Assembly: GCA_964016885.1 (NCBI GenBank)
Contig: OZ024746.1
Span: 92,566,001-92,630,000 of the forward strand
Direction of reading: 5' to 3'
Origin: Eledone cirrhosa
Lineage: Eukaryota
Length of the DNA: 64,000 nucleotides
Each line of letters begins with the position of its first letter. Within the stretch, counting starts at the first letter, position 1. The notes beneath the pieces were generated by a model that did not search any database, was not told the origin of the DNA, and was given only the letters and a program-made list of their open reading frames with translations. Below, in pieces: positions 51,622 through 64,000 of the stretch. The position numbers were made by a program, and so were the translations under genes.

Positions 51622-51723
51622 CTGTAAAGTATTCTATTCGACGTTCTAACGACTCTGCCAAATTGCTGCCTACAACTATATAATATTGCTTCGTTAATAA
51701 TATTGTACTATATTTATATTTAG

Positions 51724-51861
51724 AATGCCGTGGATGTTTCTACCAAGGAAAATGCCACGAATTCGAAGAAGAATGGATGGTAGAGGACGGACTGGTGTGT
51801 TATCTGCAAACATGCGTTTATTTAGGTTGGGGGAAATGGAAAGTACATCCGGAACATGTTT
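51724..51861 (+). CDS. Secreted Cys-rich protein, left paralog, module exon: (E)CRGCFYQGKCHEFEEEWMVEDGLVCYLQTCVYLGWGKWKVHPEHV
   Basis: TTTAG / GTAAGT, 138 nt, symmetric phase 1-1, open frame, Cys spacing conserved with the right paralog. Confidence 0.85.
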
Positions 51862-54827
51862 GTAAGTTCACAAAAAATTATTACATTTTTTAATAAATTT
51901 TTGTAACTAATGCCTACGTACATTTATTTTGTGCATTCTTTTGAATGCAATAGGCTTTGGTAAGTTTAATTCTTTCGGCAGTTACCCATTATAGAATAAC
52001 CAGCTGGAACACAAACGAAGGTGGCCACCTCAGACCACAGCTAATTATGTCAATCTCAATATTAGACATTAATTATTACTTCAACACCAGAAAGGTGAAA
52101 GGCAAAATCAAGCTCCGACAGAATTTGAATTCTGAACTGCAGATATGTAAATAAATATCATCGGAAAGTACTTTGCTTACTTAACTTGTAGTAAAAGTTG
52201 CAAGACTGGTAAATGGGAAACAATATATTTATCTGATCTTCCTTGAGTATCTTTGAATTATATTTAGATTTGTATGTAACTTCAATCATATCCAATTTTC
52301 AAAATGTCTGTTGTTATGTGAAGCTGATGGGATAATGTAACACAGAAAGATAATTGTTATTAATGAATTTGAGAATCATCACTTCAATATATTTTACCTT
52401 TTTTCTATGTTTCAGATCAGTGATTTATCATATATTATTGAGGTTGCCTGTTCAACTGAACGTTAAACTAGGTTTTAATCAGTGTAAAATCAATATCTTA
52501 ATAGACTCTCCAAATTAATCACAATCTCAACAAACATTCCCCAGTAATGATACACCTATAATATTATAATACGCATACAAGGTTGAACTTATAAACTGTG
52601 ATTATAAATATAAATATAAATATGTACATAAATTTAGGCATATGCTCAAACGAAAGCCATTACTTAGAGAAACCAAACATATACAAAAAAAAATAACCAT
52701 ATTATTTCATTCGATATGTTTCAGTCAACTAACCACATGAATTCCATTCTACGTTTCCACATTCCACATCAACCAAAGCAACGTTCATTCCTACAATTTT
52801 TTTTGTACTTAATCAGATTGTTTCTAGATAATTGTGTTCTTTTTTATATCCCTTCAAAATGCGGGAGATCTTTATGCCCCACCCTGTATATATATATATG
52901 TGTGTATGTGTGTGTATGTGTGTGTGTGTGTGTGTGATTTCAGTTTGAAGTCCACTATTCCGTTGTTTTCTTTTCTTTGTCTTCTTTCCTCCTTCTATCT
53001 GTTCTGTTTGTTTTATCACACACACACATCAAAGCAGAATCATGCGGAACCATTTTGCTGGTTTGATAGCTGATGAGTGTGAAGATTTGTGGGAACTTGT
53101 TTTGTATATCGTGGATTGGCTCTCTCCCGACCACTGTTCATAAGACAGAGAAAGTAATGCATTTCAGTAATAAGTATCAATAGACTTAAGTTATAAGTTA
53201 TCATCTAAATGTTAAGTGTTGTAGATTTTTAGGATATTGGTTATAATGAATTTTAAAGTTGCTTTTAGTGTATAATGACTTAATTATAATTTCCTTTGTA
53301 GGATGTCCACGAATCGTCGGCGACTAAACAGGCAACCCCACCAAGTTTACTTGGTGAGGAGGGTGATTTTGGACACCCTGCAGGACAAAAAACAAAACGT
53401 GACAAAGGGCGGAAGAGCTCATAAGAGTCAACGGCCATCCGAAAGTGTGTAAGTATGTATATACACATGTACCGCGCGGTTAAACCACTGGGAATGAAGG
53501 ACCCCTAGCCTTTGTCAGGGCATTCTTCCAGGAGAAGGCAACTCAGGAAACTGGGATAACTCTGATATAAAACCTGCGGCTCAGTAGTTACCGATGATGT
53601 TGATCTTTTCTTCTTTTCGGGTTATAGCTACTGTCGCTCAGAGAGTGGGATTGGCTTTCCTCACTTTAAAAAATATCTTCACGCACAGGCATTGCACGAT
53701 AGAATTAATTAATAATTATTAATAATGGTATATCGTGCAATGGCCATACTCGATAACGAGGCGGCACCCATTATATATATATATATATATATATATATAA
53801 TGTTATGGAATACTGTTAGCTTCTCGCTACAACAATTTCTATACCTTTCATTTATATATATATATATATATATAGCGGCGATGAATTAGTTTTGCGAGGT
53901 TTTTTATTCCAACCCTTTCCTCTATTATTTGGGGCCCAAGAGTAGCGATTGCTAACTTTGAAAACAACTTCCCTATTAGCAATTGCATATTTTCAAGGGA
54001 CTCTACTCTACATGCACTCTATATATAAATAGAAAAGTAATTTCCCTTCGAATTTTATCAGCGAGTCGGGTGAATATAATGTATAATATTTTCAAATAAT
54101 TCATACATTAGAATATATATTTTGTGAAGGTACGGTGTTCTGAGAGAACCGATAACTCATCGAACAATTTAGTTACGTCTCTTTAAGTTGCACGTTCAAA
54201 TCCCATCGTAGCAAATTGTATCTTTCATCTCTTGGGGTCATTACCGAAATGTTCCAGTTAAGTGTTGTCGATATAATCTAACATTGCAGAGGTGATTATA
54301 AAGGAATATAAGATGTGTTTATTATACGTAAAGATATTGTATATGCTTCCGTATACACCTCTATTATGAAACACGCTATGTTAGTGCTACTGCTATTAAT
54401 TGTATATTAGTCTATGTGTTTATATTCGAAATCTACATAAAATTCATAGTGCTATTTTCTTCACTCTTTCCCTCTCTTCCTTTAAAGTTGGTTTCGGTAC
54501 ACGAAGTTGGGTACTGTAGGGGGCTTATATAATGTCAGGTCGAAGGTTAGGGTCTTAAGTAATCCCTTTTGATTCACAAGGGAGAAATAACAGTTGATTG
54601 GAAGTGATGGCATGCTGTGTCTAACCATTCTATTAGTATCTTTACACATGTCACACGATAAATGGACGTAACTCTTGTTCTGAATCCCTATGTTACATCT
54701 GAAATATTCTTTGCTAATTGTGTGAAGTTACCTTTCTAGGAGATCCTCGTTAGATCACCACATACATAGATAGCAGAAGGAATTAGAATGGTTGAGACGA
54801 TACTGTAGCGTGTCAAATCATCTACAT

Positions 54828-55140
54828 CAGTGCTTCGCAAAGTATCTGATGTGGCGGACCGGCATTTTTTTTTTTTCAATGTGCCACGTACCGCTAATAT
54901 TTCGTAGTAATATTAATTTATACCGGAAACGATATATATAATGAATATAATAATAGTTGACCATTTTTTTATCTTCTATTTATTTTGTAAACAAATAATA
55001 CAATATCAAAACATATAAAAAAGTAATAAAAAAAATTCCTCAAATGATTCCTTAGCATGGCCTGGACACTGGCCGCGTACCGGTAGCTGATGGCTCGCGT
55101 ACTGGCACCGGTCCGCTGACCACCACTTTGAGTAGCACTG
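54828..55140. mobile_element. hAT-type MITE with 8-bp TSD
   Basis: ATCTACAT|CAGTGCTTCGCAAAGT ... ACTTTGAGTAGCACTG|ATCTACAT. Confidence 0.9.
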
Positions 55141-55471
55141 ATCTACATGAATATAACACTGGCTTTCATCTGTCTGCCTCACCATTTACGCCATCTCGGG
55201 AGAGACTTAAACGTGACTGCATGGCTTATGTTTTCATCTCATGAGCGGTGGAGTTCTTGACCAAACCAAGCGTGGTGCCTTCTGAGTAAAACTCACAACT
55301 TAATGATAATGCACTGAACACCCTAACCACAAAGTCGCACACTTCTATTTAAATTGCATTACTACACCCCTTCATATTAGAATATGGTAACAAAAGAGCT
55401 AATAAACTATCACCCTTGTTAAGAAATTCTGCACCATAGTTATCATACACACACACACACACACACACAAG

Positions 55472-55577
<106 letters not shown>

Positions 55578-55829
55578 ATATTTGGGGATCGTCATGTTGC
55601 CAATATTACCAATAGAAAGAAACACACGCACCATATAATATTCTCTTTATTTGTAACTTGATTTTTCGTTATTTATATGTTTGTCAAAGTTCATTCGTCC
55701 CACATTCTGTGACCTCCTCAATGATTACCTGCTTTGTCTCATCTTTTTCTTGGGCTTAAATTTCTAATCTTGTATTCATGTTGTGAGACTCCTTCCAACT
55801 GCAATCACATATATATATACACACATATA

Positions 55830-56678
55830 GAGGGTGGGGCATAAAGATCTCTCACATTTTGAAGGGATATAAAACATGAATACAATTATCTAGAAACAAA
55901 CTAATTATATTTCTAAAAAGTACAAAAGAATAGTTTTTTGTTTTGATGTTTTTTTTAAAATGACATTAGACAAATGGCGGTCGTCGTTGGCAATACATTG
56001 ATAAATTTGTTCCCGGAAGTTCTACATGACGCTCTGTGTCATCTAAGGTAGAATTGCGTCGATTTCCTATCTGATCCTTTCCTTCAAATAATAAAGAGTT
56101 CAAGGACAATATTGGAAACCCCTTTTCCTTTCGGTATCTCCAAAGTAAAATGTCACAATGGCTTATATCTGGTGACCTTGCCAGCCACACGACATGTCAC
56201 CTTGCAGAAATCAAACACCCAAGAAACATTTCACACAAAACTCCGAGCGAAAGTCGTGCTATGTTAGCTGCGGCCTCGTCATGTTGAAACCGGATATGCC
56301 CTGTATCCAAATCGTCCACAGTGCACAGAAGGGTCTCCAATATTTCGATGTACCGGTCAGAGGTTACAGCAGCCAAATCACGCCAATGTCGGCAACTGCA
56401 CACCAAACAGTTACGAGAGGAAAGTGAAGCGGTCAATCGTGGAGTTCATGGGAATTATGTTCAGCCCAGTATCAGACATTCTACTTATTTTCGGTCCCAT
56501 TGCTTTATAGGTGAGACTCATCGATACTCAGAAGACAGCTGTAGTGGGAACTTGTTCAAGAATGATTATTGTTAAAGAAATTGATAGAGTGTAGCTTATC
56601 GAAAGAGAGCTGCCGCGCCCCTCTACCACCATACAGCGCACTCTAAATCTAGGAGAACTTTATTCCTTCCCCATCCTG
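55830..56678 (-). mobile_element. Internally deleted Tc1/mariner element
   Basis: TA-flanked TIRs (C/G)AGGGTGGGGCATAAAGATCTC; decayed transposase FQHD.A..WLARSPDISHCD.LLW; its 3' end is also at 52797-52886. Confidence 0.85.
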
Positions 56679-56691
56679 TATATATATGTAG

Positions 56692-56761
<70 letters not shown>

Positions 56762-57046
56762 TACATTCACCATATCCGACCTGGACGAGTTGACCTCGAG
56801 GTCGATTCTTGCCAGAGCGGGAACCATCGATTACATGTCGTAGCTGATAGTCCCCACAGGCCCACCTAACGTGGTTATTTAACCACTTCAATTTTAATGC
56901 TGCACTAGAAAGGAAATAAAATCAAGTTACGTGAAAAATAGAATAAAATGACTTTAAATGACCTTAAATATTTTCCGTCACAATGGAAATTTGGGAAATT
57001 CGGAAAAATTTATCCGAATACAATTCGTTAGCTATTTTTATTATAC

Positions 57047-57186
57047 TCACAAATCCGAACAATTATTATAAGTGAGGTAGATCTCCTTTGTATTGTCGTT
57101 AGTGTGGCAAGCATATTTTACACAACCCATTACATCGTACCACGTTGCACCATTTCCAACACAAGTACCATAACGATCCCGACAAT
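57047..57186 (-). CDS. Secreted Cys-rich protein, right paralog, second module exon: (Y)CRDRYGTCVGNGATWYDVMGCVKYACHTNDNTKEIYLTYNNCSDL*
   Basis: TTTTCAATTTACAG acceptor, phase-1 start fits the preceding exon, and it repeats the C..C..W..C....C spacing. The TGA overlaps a possible GTGAGT donor at 57050, so the true C-terminus is uncertain. Confidence 0.8.
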
Positions 57187-58630
57187 CTGTAAATTGAAAA
57201 CATAACAGACAGCATATTTGATAGGCTTCTGAAACATTTACCTACGATATCATTATATTAATAAAAATACATTTTAGGGGGTGCTTATATTTGTATGTAT
57301 TTATGTGTTTATAAACCTGCTATTACGAAACCGTTTAAGCATTTTTTATATTGGTTTCACAATATTTTCTGAAATCTAAAAGGGTTAAGATGAAAGTGTA
57401 TATGTTTACGTTCTGTAACTAGGGATTGTAAAGTGACAGCTTACATTTCTCTGTTTATAGTATCCACAATCACCCTTAAAGGGATATAATATTGGGGTAT
57501 ATTTTATTGTGTAAATATTGAATGAGATTAGGATTTGGTATAAATGTGGATGTGGTGGCTTTATGTGTTTCTTTTATGACAGTGTTAGGAATAAACGTTG
57601 CTTTGGTTGATGTGGAATGTGGAAGCGTAGAATGGAATTCATGTGGTTAGTTGACTAAAACAAATCGGATGAAATGATCTGGTTATGTGTTTTTTAAAAA
57701 TCTGTTTGGTATCGCTAAGTAATTGGCTTTCGTTTGAGCATATGCCTAAATTCATGTACATAGTTTATGTGTATTACAGCTCACACCTATGCAGGTTTAG
57801 CTGGCCTACTCCAAGGTATATCTCGTTGGAGGTGTCTTGGATAATGTAATGATAGTGAACCTAGTCCTATCATCTCATTTCTACAGCTGAGTCAACTGGA
57901 GCAACGTGAAATAAAGTGTCTTTCTCAAGAAAACAACACATCACCCGGTCCGAGAATTGAGCTCACAACCTTTCGATTGCAAGTCCAATGCTCTAACCAC
58001 TAAGCCATGCGCCTTCACACTAATATATGATAAATCACTGATCTGAAAATATTTGTAGGATACTACTTTGCAACACAGAAAAAAGGTAAAATATATTGAA
58101 GTCAAGATTCTCAAATTCATTAATAACAATTATTTTTTATATAATTGTTTCTACTTTTGGCACAAGGCCATCAATCACCAGTACATTACTGGTACTTTAT
58201 TTTATCGACCCCGTAAGGATGAAAGGCAAAGTTAACCTTGGCGGGATTTGAACTCAGACCGTAAAGGGACGTAAGCTGGAAAGCATGGCGTCCGACTCTC
58301 TACCGATACTGAAAATTGAGCATGATTGAAGTAACATACAACTCTAAATATAATTCAAAGATACTCAAGGAAGATCAGATTTACTGCAACTTTTACTACA
58401 AGTTAAGTAAGCAAAGTACTTTCCGTTGGTATTTATTTACATAACTGCAGTTTAGAATTCAAATTCTGTAGAGCTTGATTTTGCCTTCCACCTTTCTGGT
58501 GTTGAAGTAATAATTACATGTCTAATATTGAGATTGACATAATTAGCTGTGAACTGTGGTTGCCACCTTCGTTTTTATTATGTTGTTACAAAAATGTATT
58601 AAAAAATGTAATAATTTTTTATGAACTTAC

Positions 58631-58768
58631 AAACTTTTTTCGTATATACACTCCACCCTCCCTCAATCGGAGCCATGCATTTTTCCTGGGAACACATCTG
58701 ACTGGACAGTATTATCCATTCTTCTTCGAATTTGTGGCAACTTCCGAGGAAGTAACATCCATTGCATT
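58631..58768 (-). CDS. Secreted Cys-rich protein, right paralog, module exon: (E)CNGCYFLGSCHKFEEEWIILSSQMCSQEKCMAPIEGGWSVYTKKV
   Basis: TTTAG / GTAAGT, 138 nt, phase 1-1, open frame. Confidence 0.85.
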
Positions 58769-60008
58769 CTAAATATTAATATAGTACAATATTATTAACG
58801 AAGCAATATTATATAGTTGTAGGCAGCAATTTGGCAGAGTCGTTAGAACGTCGAATAGAATACTTTACAGTATTCGTTGAAGCTCTTTGCACTCTGAATT
58901 TAAATCCCGTGAAGATCAACTTTGCCTTTCATCCTTTCGATGTAGATAAAAACAGTACCAGTCCATTTCTGAGGTAAGGTCTCCATCTATAACTGTTTCT
59001 CTCTATCACTCTCTCCTTCCCTGGAAGAAATCTGCTGTGTACCCACCTGGAGACGAATGGGCTTCATCATGTTTCAGATGCTCATGAAACACCGTATATC
59101 AATACACTGTCCCTATGACACCATGAGGAGTGACGGATACATACAATATTATATAGTTAGTATTTAATAAAGTAATTTTATTATTAATTATGAGAAAGTA
59201 GACTTGACATCGCTAATATACCGCATATATGCTATCGAATCTGCTTCAGTGAATTTCAGTGTTGAAATCCAGTAAGATCAATTGACTCAGCCCCTCCCTG
59301 TTTCGTTAAAACACTTGTGATTAAAAAACGACATCAATATTTATCAATAGAAACCTATAATCTACAAATTGGCTCAGTTATTGCTGAAAGAAACTATTAT
59401 TTTGGAGCGGAAGGTTAACACGAAGAAGAGGTAATGCCGGTATATAATTGTGGTCCAACAGTTGTTCTGTTGTTTGTATTTATAAACAGTCGTAGAGTAA
59501 GAATAAATTATGTGAATATATCTAAATATTTAAAAACGTTTAATTGATCATTATGTATCAACAATCAATTTTAGAATGTAATTTAGGAACATATTACAGG
59601 TTATATCTGCTTAAAATAATTTTCATTTACATAACCAAAAATTTGATGTCTCTCATAGACACAGAATATAATAGCATGATGAATATATATATATCCATAA
59701 AGGTAGACTTTAAAATATGAGAACACTGTTGTTGGGCACTCCACCAACTGAACGACCTCGTGAGATTAACGTGTAAATGGTTTAGAACTCCAGACACGTG
59801 AAATATTGCAGAGTTTGTGACAAGAATGGGTCTTTGAATTATGAGAACTAAGCATTTTACCAGCCGAGTAGACAGGAACAATGTGAAACACTTTCGGGAA
59901 TTGACCTCTTAACTGAACACCCCTAACTATTAAGCCACGAAATGACTGTATAGGAAAGAAGATGAAGATATATTTAAATGGTTGGTTATACGAATATTTT
60001 TATCTTAC

Positions 60009-60093
60009 CATTTCTTAAATCACTTAAATTTTTTGTTGCATTTACTGCATACAAAGACAACAATGAGAGCGAAAATATCATCAACGTATTCAT
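60009..60093 (-). CDS. Secreted Cys-rich protein, right paralog, signal-peptide exon: MNTLMIFSLSLLSLYAVNA-TKNLSDLRN
   Basis: TTTCAG|ATG start, hydrophobic core, V-N-A small-residue cleavage site, GTAAGA donor in phase 1. Confidence 0.85.
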
Positions 60094-61431
60094 CTGAAAG
60101 TACAAATATCATTTGAATTAGTCACTGGTAAATTCACCTTATCTATCTATCTATCAATCTATCTATATATGTATCTACCTATCTACCTTTCTATTTATCT
60201 ATTTATCTCTCTATCCATTTGTCTATCTATCCATATATATACATATATCTTGGAACCTAGTTGTAATAAACTTATTCATATATAGATATATATATATGAA
60301 AATACAAGAGTGCTTTTACTTATTGCATTACGTTCTGCAAATCGGAATTAGTAGATCTATCTATTAGTTAAACCATCCAACATAAACGGTATATATACTT
60401 GTGCCATGGAAGTACGAGAAATCTTAACGGTAAAGAAATTACTGAATTCTAGACAGGATAGGGAGTCCCAACTAGTGGCCCCAGTTTCAACAATTGTTTC
60501 TATGGAGACAAATATAGTGCCCCAGTACGAAGAACCAAACAATTAATAATTTAAATGGTTCTCAAACAATAAATCTCTATTTTATCTAGAAAAATTGATA
60601 GATACGTTGAGTTACTTAACACATACAGAAGAATAAAAATAAAACAAAAATATTAAAAAAGTAAAACCAACGTCTCAATATTCTTTACATGCTTTCTTCA
60701 CATTTCGATGCTTGGTTTCAGTGACATATACGGGTACTTAAGATTCGTGGGGTTATACACCCCCCAACCTGTTCAGTCTATTATACATAACACATTATTT
60801 TATATAACAGTATGAATGTGTTCAAGTGTATAACCCAACAAAACTTAAGTATCTGTTTATGTCACTGTTGTAGCTAATAATATTTAACTCGTGCTATGTA
60901 CTGGGTGTCCTTGAATATTTCTACTAAACTTAAACTACAGTATATCTATATGTGTACAAGTGTGTGTGTGAGAGAGAGTGTGTGTGTGTGGATGTTACAT
61001 ATGTAGAATAATTAGGGACCCTCTTCTAAGGATATTTGTCGTTAGTTGTTTCCACCACGTTTTTTATGATAGGCGAGGCAAAGCTTACCATACCAATTAT
61101 TATGGCAGAATTATATAATGATTAAAAACACAAAAAAGGAAAGGTTTCGAAAAGTTCACTTACTGTTAAAAGGAGAAAGCAGCGAAGTAAGTTTGAGGTA
61201 TGAATTACCTGTAAAGAGGTATTTACATAATGAAGTGTCACCAATATTGATGAACAGATGTAGATAATATATTGATGAACAGATATAGCAATGATTGGTG
61301 GAGGAAGCAGAAAACAACTGCAGATAACATAAATAACCATAAATGTCACCAATATTGATGAACAGATGTAGATACTATTTTACAATTTTTCTTCTACAAT
61401 TTATATGACACCAATTGTTGACAGCTAACGA

Positions 61432-61470
<39 letters not shown>

Positions 61471-61635
61471 ATATTGAGAAACACACAGATACATGCGGAC
61501 ACACACAAAGGCTCTATATCTCTATGATATATTGTTTTTGTTTATGCCACGAAACTACGTAGTCGAGGAATCTAGAAGCAGTTTAGGTATGATACATTTT
61601 ATTACTAATTATATCTAAATGTTTCTTCTCTCTTC

Positions 61636-61708
<73 letters not shown>

Positions 61709-61754
61709 ATGATATAAATTAATGGAAACTATATTTATAAAACCATATTTATTC

Positions 61755-61810
61755 TATTATATATATATTTCAAGGGTACCAAAACTTTGGTATGCTCTCA
61801 TCAGATAAAA
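61755..61810 (-). ncRNA. Slightly degenerate hammerhead ribozyme motif
   Basis: TTTTAT-CTGATGA-GAGCATACCAAA gt TTTGGTACCCTT-GAAATATATAT-ATAA; register at the cleavage site is off by one. Confidence 0.5.
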
Positions 61811-61930
61811 TACAAAATTTGTTTTATAAATAGTGACATACCCAGTGATAAGACCTTAACAGTTGAGGTCCCGTTTGGATAGGGATATAAATATATTTGT
61901 GGAATTACCAACAACTTAAATATCTCTTTG

Positions 61931-61973
<43 letters not shown>

Positions 61974-62694
61974 AAGGAAAAGAATTACTTCACTTGCAGT
62001 GTTAAAAAATTTATGATTTAATATAAATGTTTCTACTTTTGGCACAAGGCCAGCAATTACCTAGTGCATTACTGGTACTTTACTTTATCGACCCAGTAAG
62101 GATGAAAGGCAAAGTTAACCAGGGCGGGATTTGAACTCAGAATGGCAAGGACCGTAACTCTATGCCTCAAAGCATGGCGTCCGACCCTCTACCGATACTG
62201 CCAATCCACCTCCTTATTTAAGGTCATAATATAATATTAAAGTATACATACATACACTCACACACACATACACACGTACACACACACACACATACACACA
62301 TACACACACACATATATATACACTCAGAAAATGGTGAGGTTGTAAGATAAGGGTATTTGAGAAGGTGGTCGTAAACCTACTCTGCTGCTGGTTTTATTTC
62401 ATTAGCTGATCTTTGATGAGTATATAAAGGCATAGCTGAATCAACTCTTCCAAATCAATAAAGAATATCTTCTACAAATTTCTATATCAAAGATGAATTT
62501 AGGAGCTTGTCTGGGTCTTAATGAGGTGTAAGATACATGTCTTTTGATAAGAATGGGAAGACAGGAAAAAGAGAAAAGAAGGATAGTTGAGGAATATTTG
62601 TCAAAGATGTGTTGTTGATAATGGTCTGGGAGAGGAAATGTGGGGGTACATGCTGACTCGCATATTCACTTCCCTATATGTAAATGTATCTACA

Positions 62695-62733
62695 GTCCAT
62701 ATATATTACATACCAACACATATCAACGCATAT

Positions 62734-62793
<60 letters not shown>

Positions 62794-62838
62794 ATACGCA
62801 CACACACACATATATATATATATACACACACACACATC

Positions 62839-62911
<73 letters not shown>

Positions 62912-63117
62912 GTACACATATATACACATATATACACACACACATACATATACACACACATTTTATATATATTTTATACACATATATACACATACCATAT
63001 ATATATATATATATATACTACATATATGCACACATACACACACACATATATATACACATACCACATATACATACATACACCAAACACATACATATTATAC
63101 AAACACACATATATATA

Positions 63118-63167
<50 letters not shown>

Positions 63168-63415
63168 TATACACACATATATATGTATATATATACATAT
63201 ACACATATATATAAATATCTTATACACACATACACAGTAAACATACATATACATTATACATATCTTGTACATACACGTATATACATATATATCTCACATA
63301 CACACAAATATATATTATCTACATACATACATATACATATATACATACACACACACATACACATATATACACATACATATATATACACCACATATACACA
63401 CACACATATTTTTTC

Positions 63416-63483
<68 letters not shown>

Positions 63484-63669
63484 TATATCCTATACACACC
63501 CATATACCATACATAGATGTTATATACACACTATATATATCCTATACATATACCGTATAATATCATATACATCCTATATATATTATACATATATATATAT
63601 ATATATATATATCGCACATATATACATATATATATACATATTATATATATCTCCCACATATATACACAC

Positions 63670-63738
<69 letters not shown>

Positions 63739-64000
63739 ATACACACACATATATATTTTATACATACATACACACATATATACATACACACACACGCACA
63801 TACATATACATACATATACACATATATATATTCCACACATTTTATACATACATACACATATATATTCTATATAAACACATTTTATACCTCCTACATATAT
63901 ATATATATTTTACATATACATATATATATACTACATATATATACATATAAATATATTATACACATATCCACACATACATATATACACACATATATACACA
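62695..64000. repeat. Long compound (TA)n/(CA)n low-complexity tract
   Basis: Direct reading; the YI/HT-rich ORFs here are artefacts. Confidence 0.95.

Larger units (their letters stand above)
47024..52950 (+). repeat. Left arm of large inverted duplication
   Basis: Colinear reverse-complement match to 55792-61437; ORF 47861..48046(+) is identical to 60357..60542(-). Confidence 0.95.
55792..61437 (-). repeat. Right arm of large inverted duplication
   Basis: Reverse-complement match to the left arm; has its own SINE insertions (57872-58019, 58142-58311) and segments missing on the left (~55930-57585, ~59097-59625). Confidence 0.95.

Noticed and set aside
53030-53133. Alternative minus-strand terminal exon after a good acceptor (TTTCTCTGTCTTATGAACAG)
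   Set aside because: No Cys pattern or homology in any frame, so the frame cannot be chosen.
54482-54698. 71-codon minus-strand frame in phase with the GTGAGT donor at 57050 (possible fourth exon)
   Set aside because: Weak acceptor, no module Cys spacing, and the distal half looks like TE-derived sequence; cannot be supported without transcripts.
55690-55730. Hammerhead-like TTGAGGA..GGACGAAT on the minus strand
   Set aside because: Both conserved boxes are mutated.
61515-61570. GAAAC-TACGTA-GTC hammerhead half-site
   Set aside because: The CUGANGA box is broken and stem I is not convincing.
62587-63857. Long His/Tyr/Ile/Thr-rich ORFs (up to 306 aa)
   Set aside because: Translations of (TA)n/(CA)n low-complexity DNA.

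Overview
AT-rich, microsatellite- and SINE-dense animal genomic DNA; the repeat content suggests a cephalopod (octopus-like), which is an inference. Positions 1.5-33 kb hold the last 8 coding exons of a copine gene (+ strand, CPNE5/8/9-like vWA half), with introns filled by SINEs, LINE fragments (RTE, CR1, CRE), Penelope-like remnants, MITEs and minisatellites. The most notable structure is not in the ORF track. An inverted duplication spanning ~14 kb (arms ~47.0-52.95 kb and ~55.8-61.4 kb) carries two convergent paralogs of a small secreted cysteine-rich protein gene. The signal peptide, promoter and the intron stretch upstream of the shared mature exon are nearly identical between the copies, but that exon is only 17/45 aa identical with all Cys/Trp scaffold residues kept, a pattern expected under diversifying selection. 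Also present: minimal hammerhead ribozyme motifs in Penelope-type repeats, a Tx1-like LINE inserted in a (GATA)n tract, two solo-LTR-like insertions with atypical TG...AA ends, and a template-switch palindrome whose pre-event state survives in the other arm. All coordinates and counts were read by hand.
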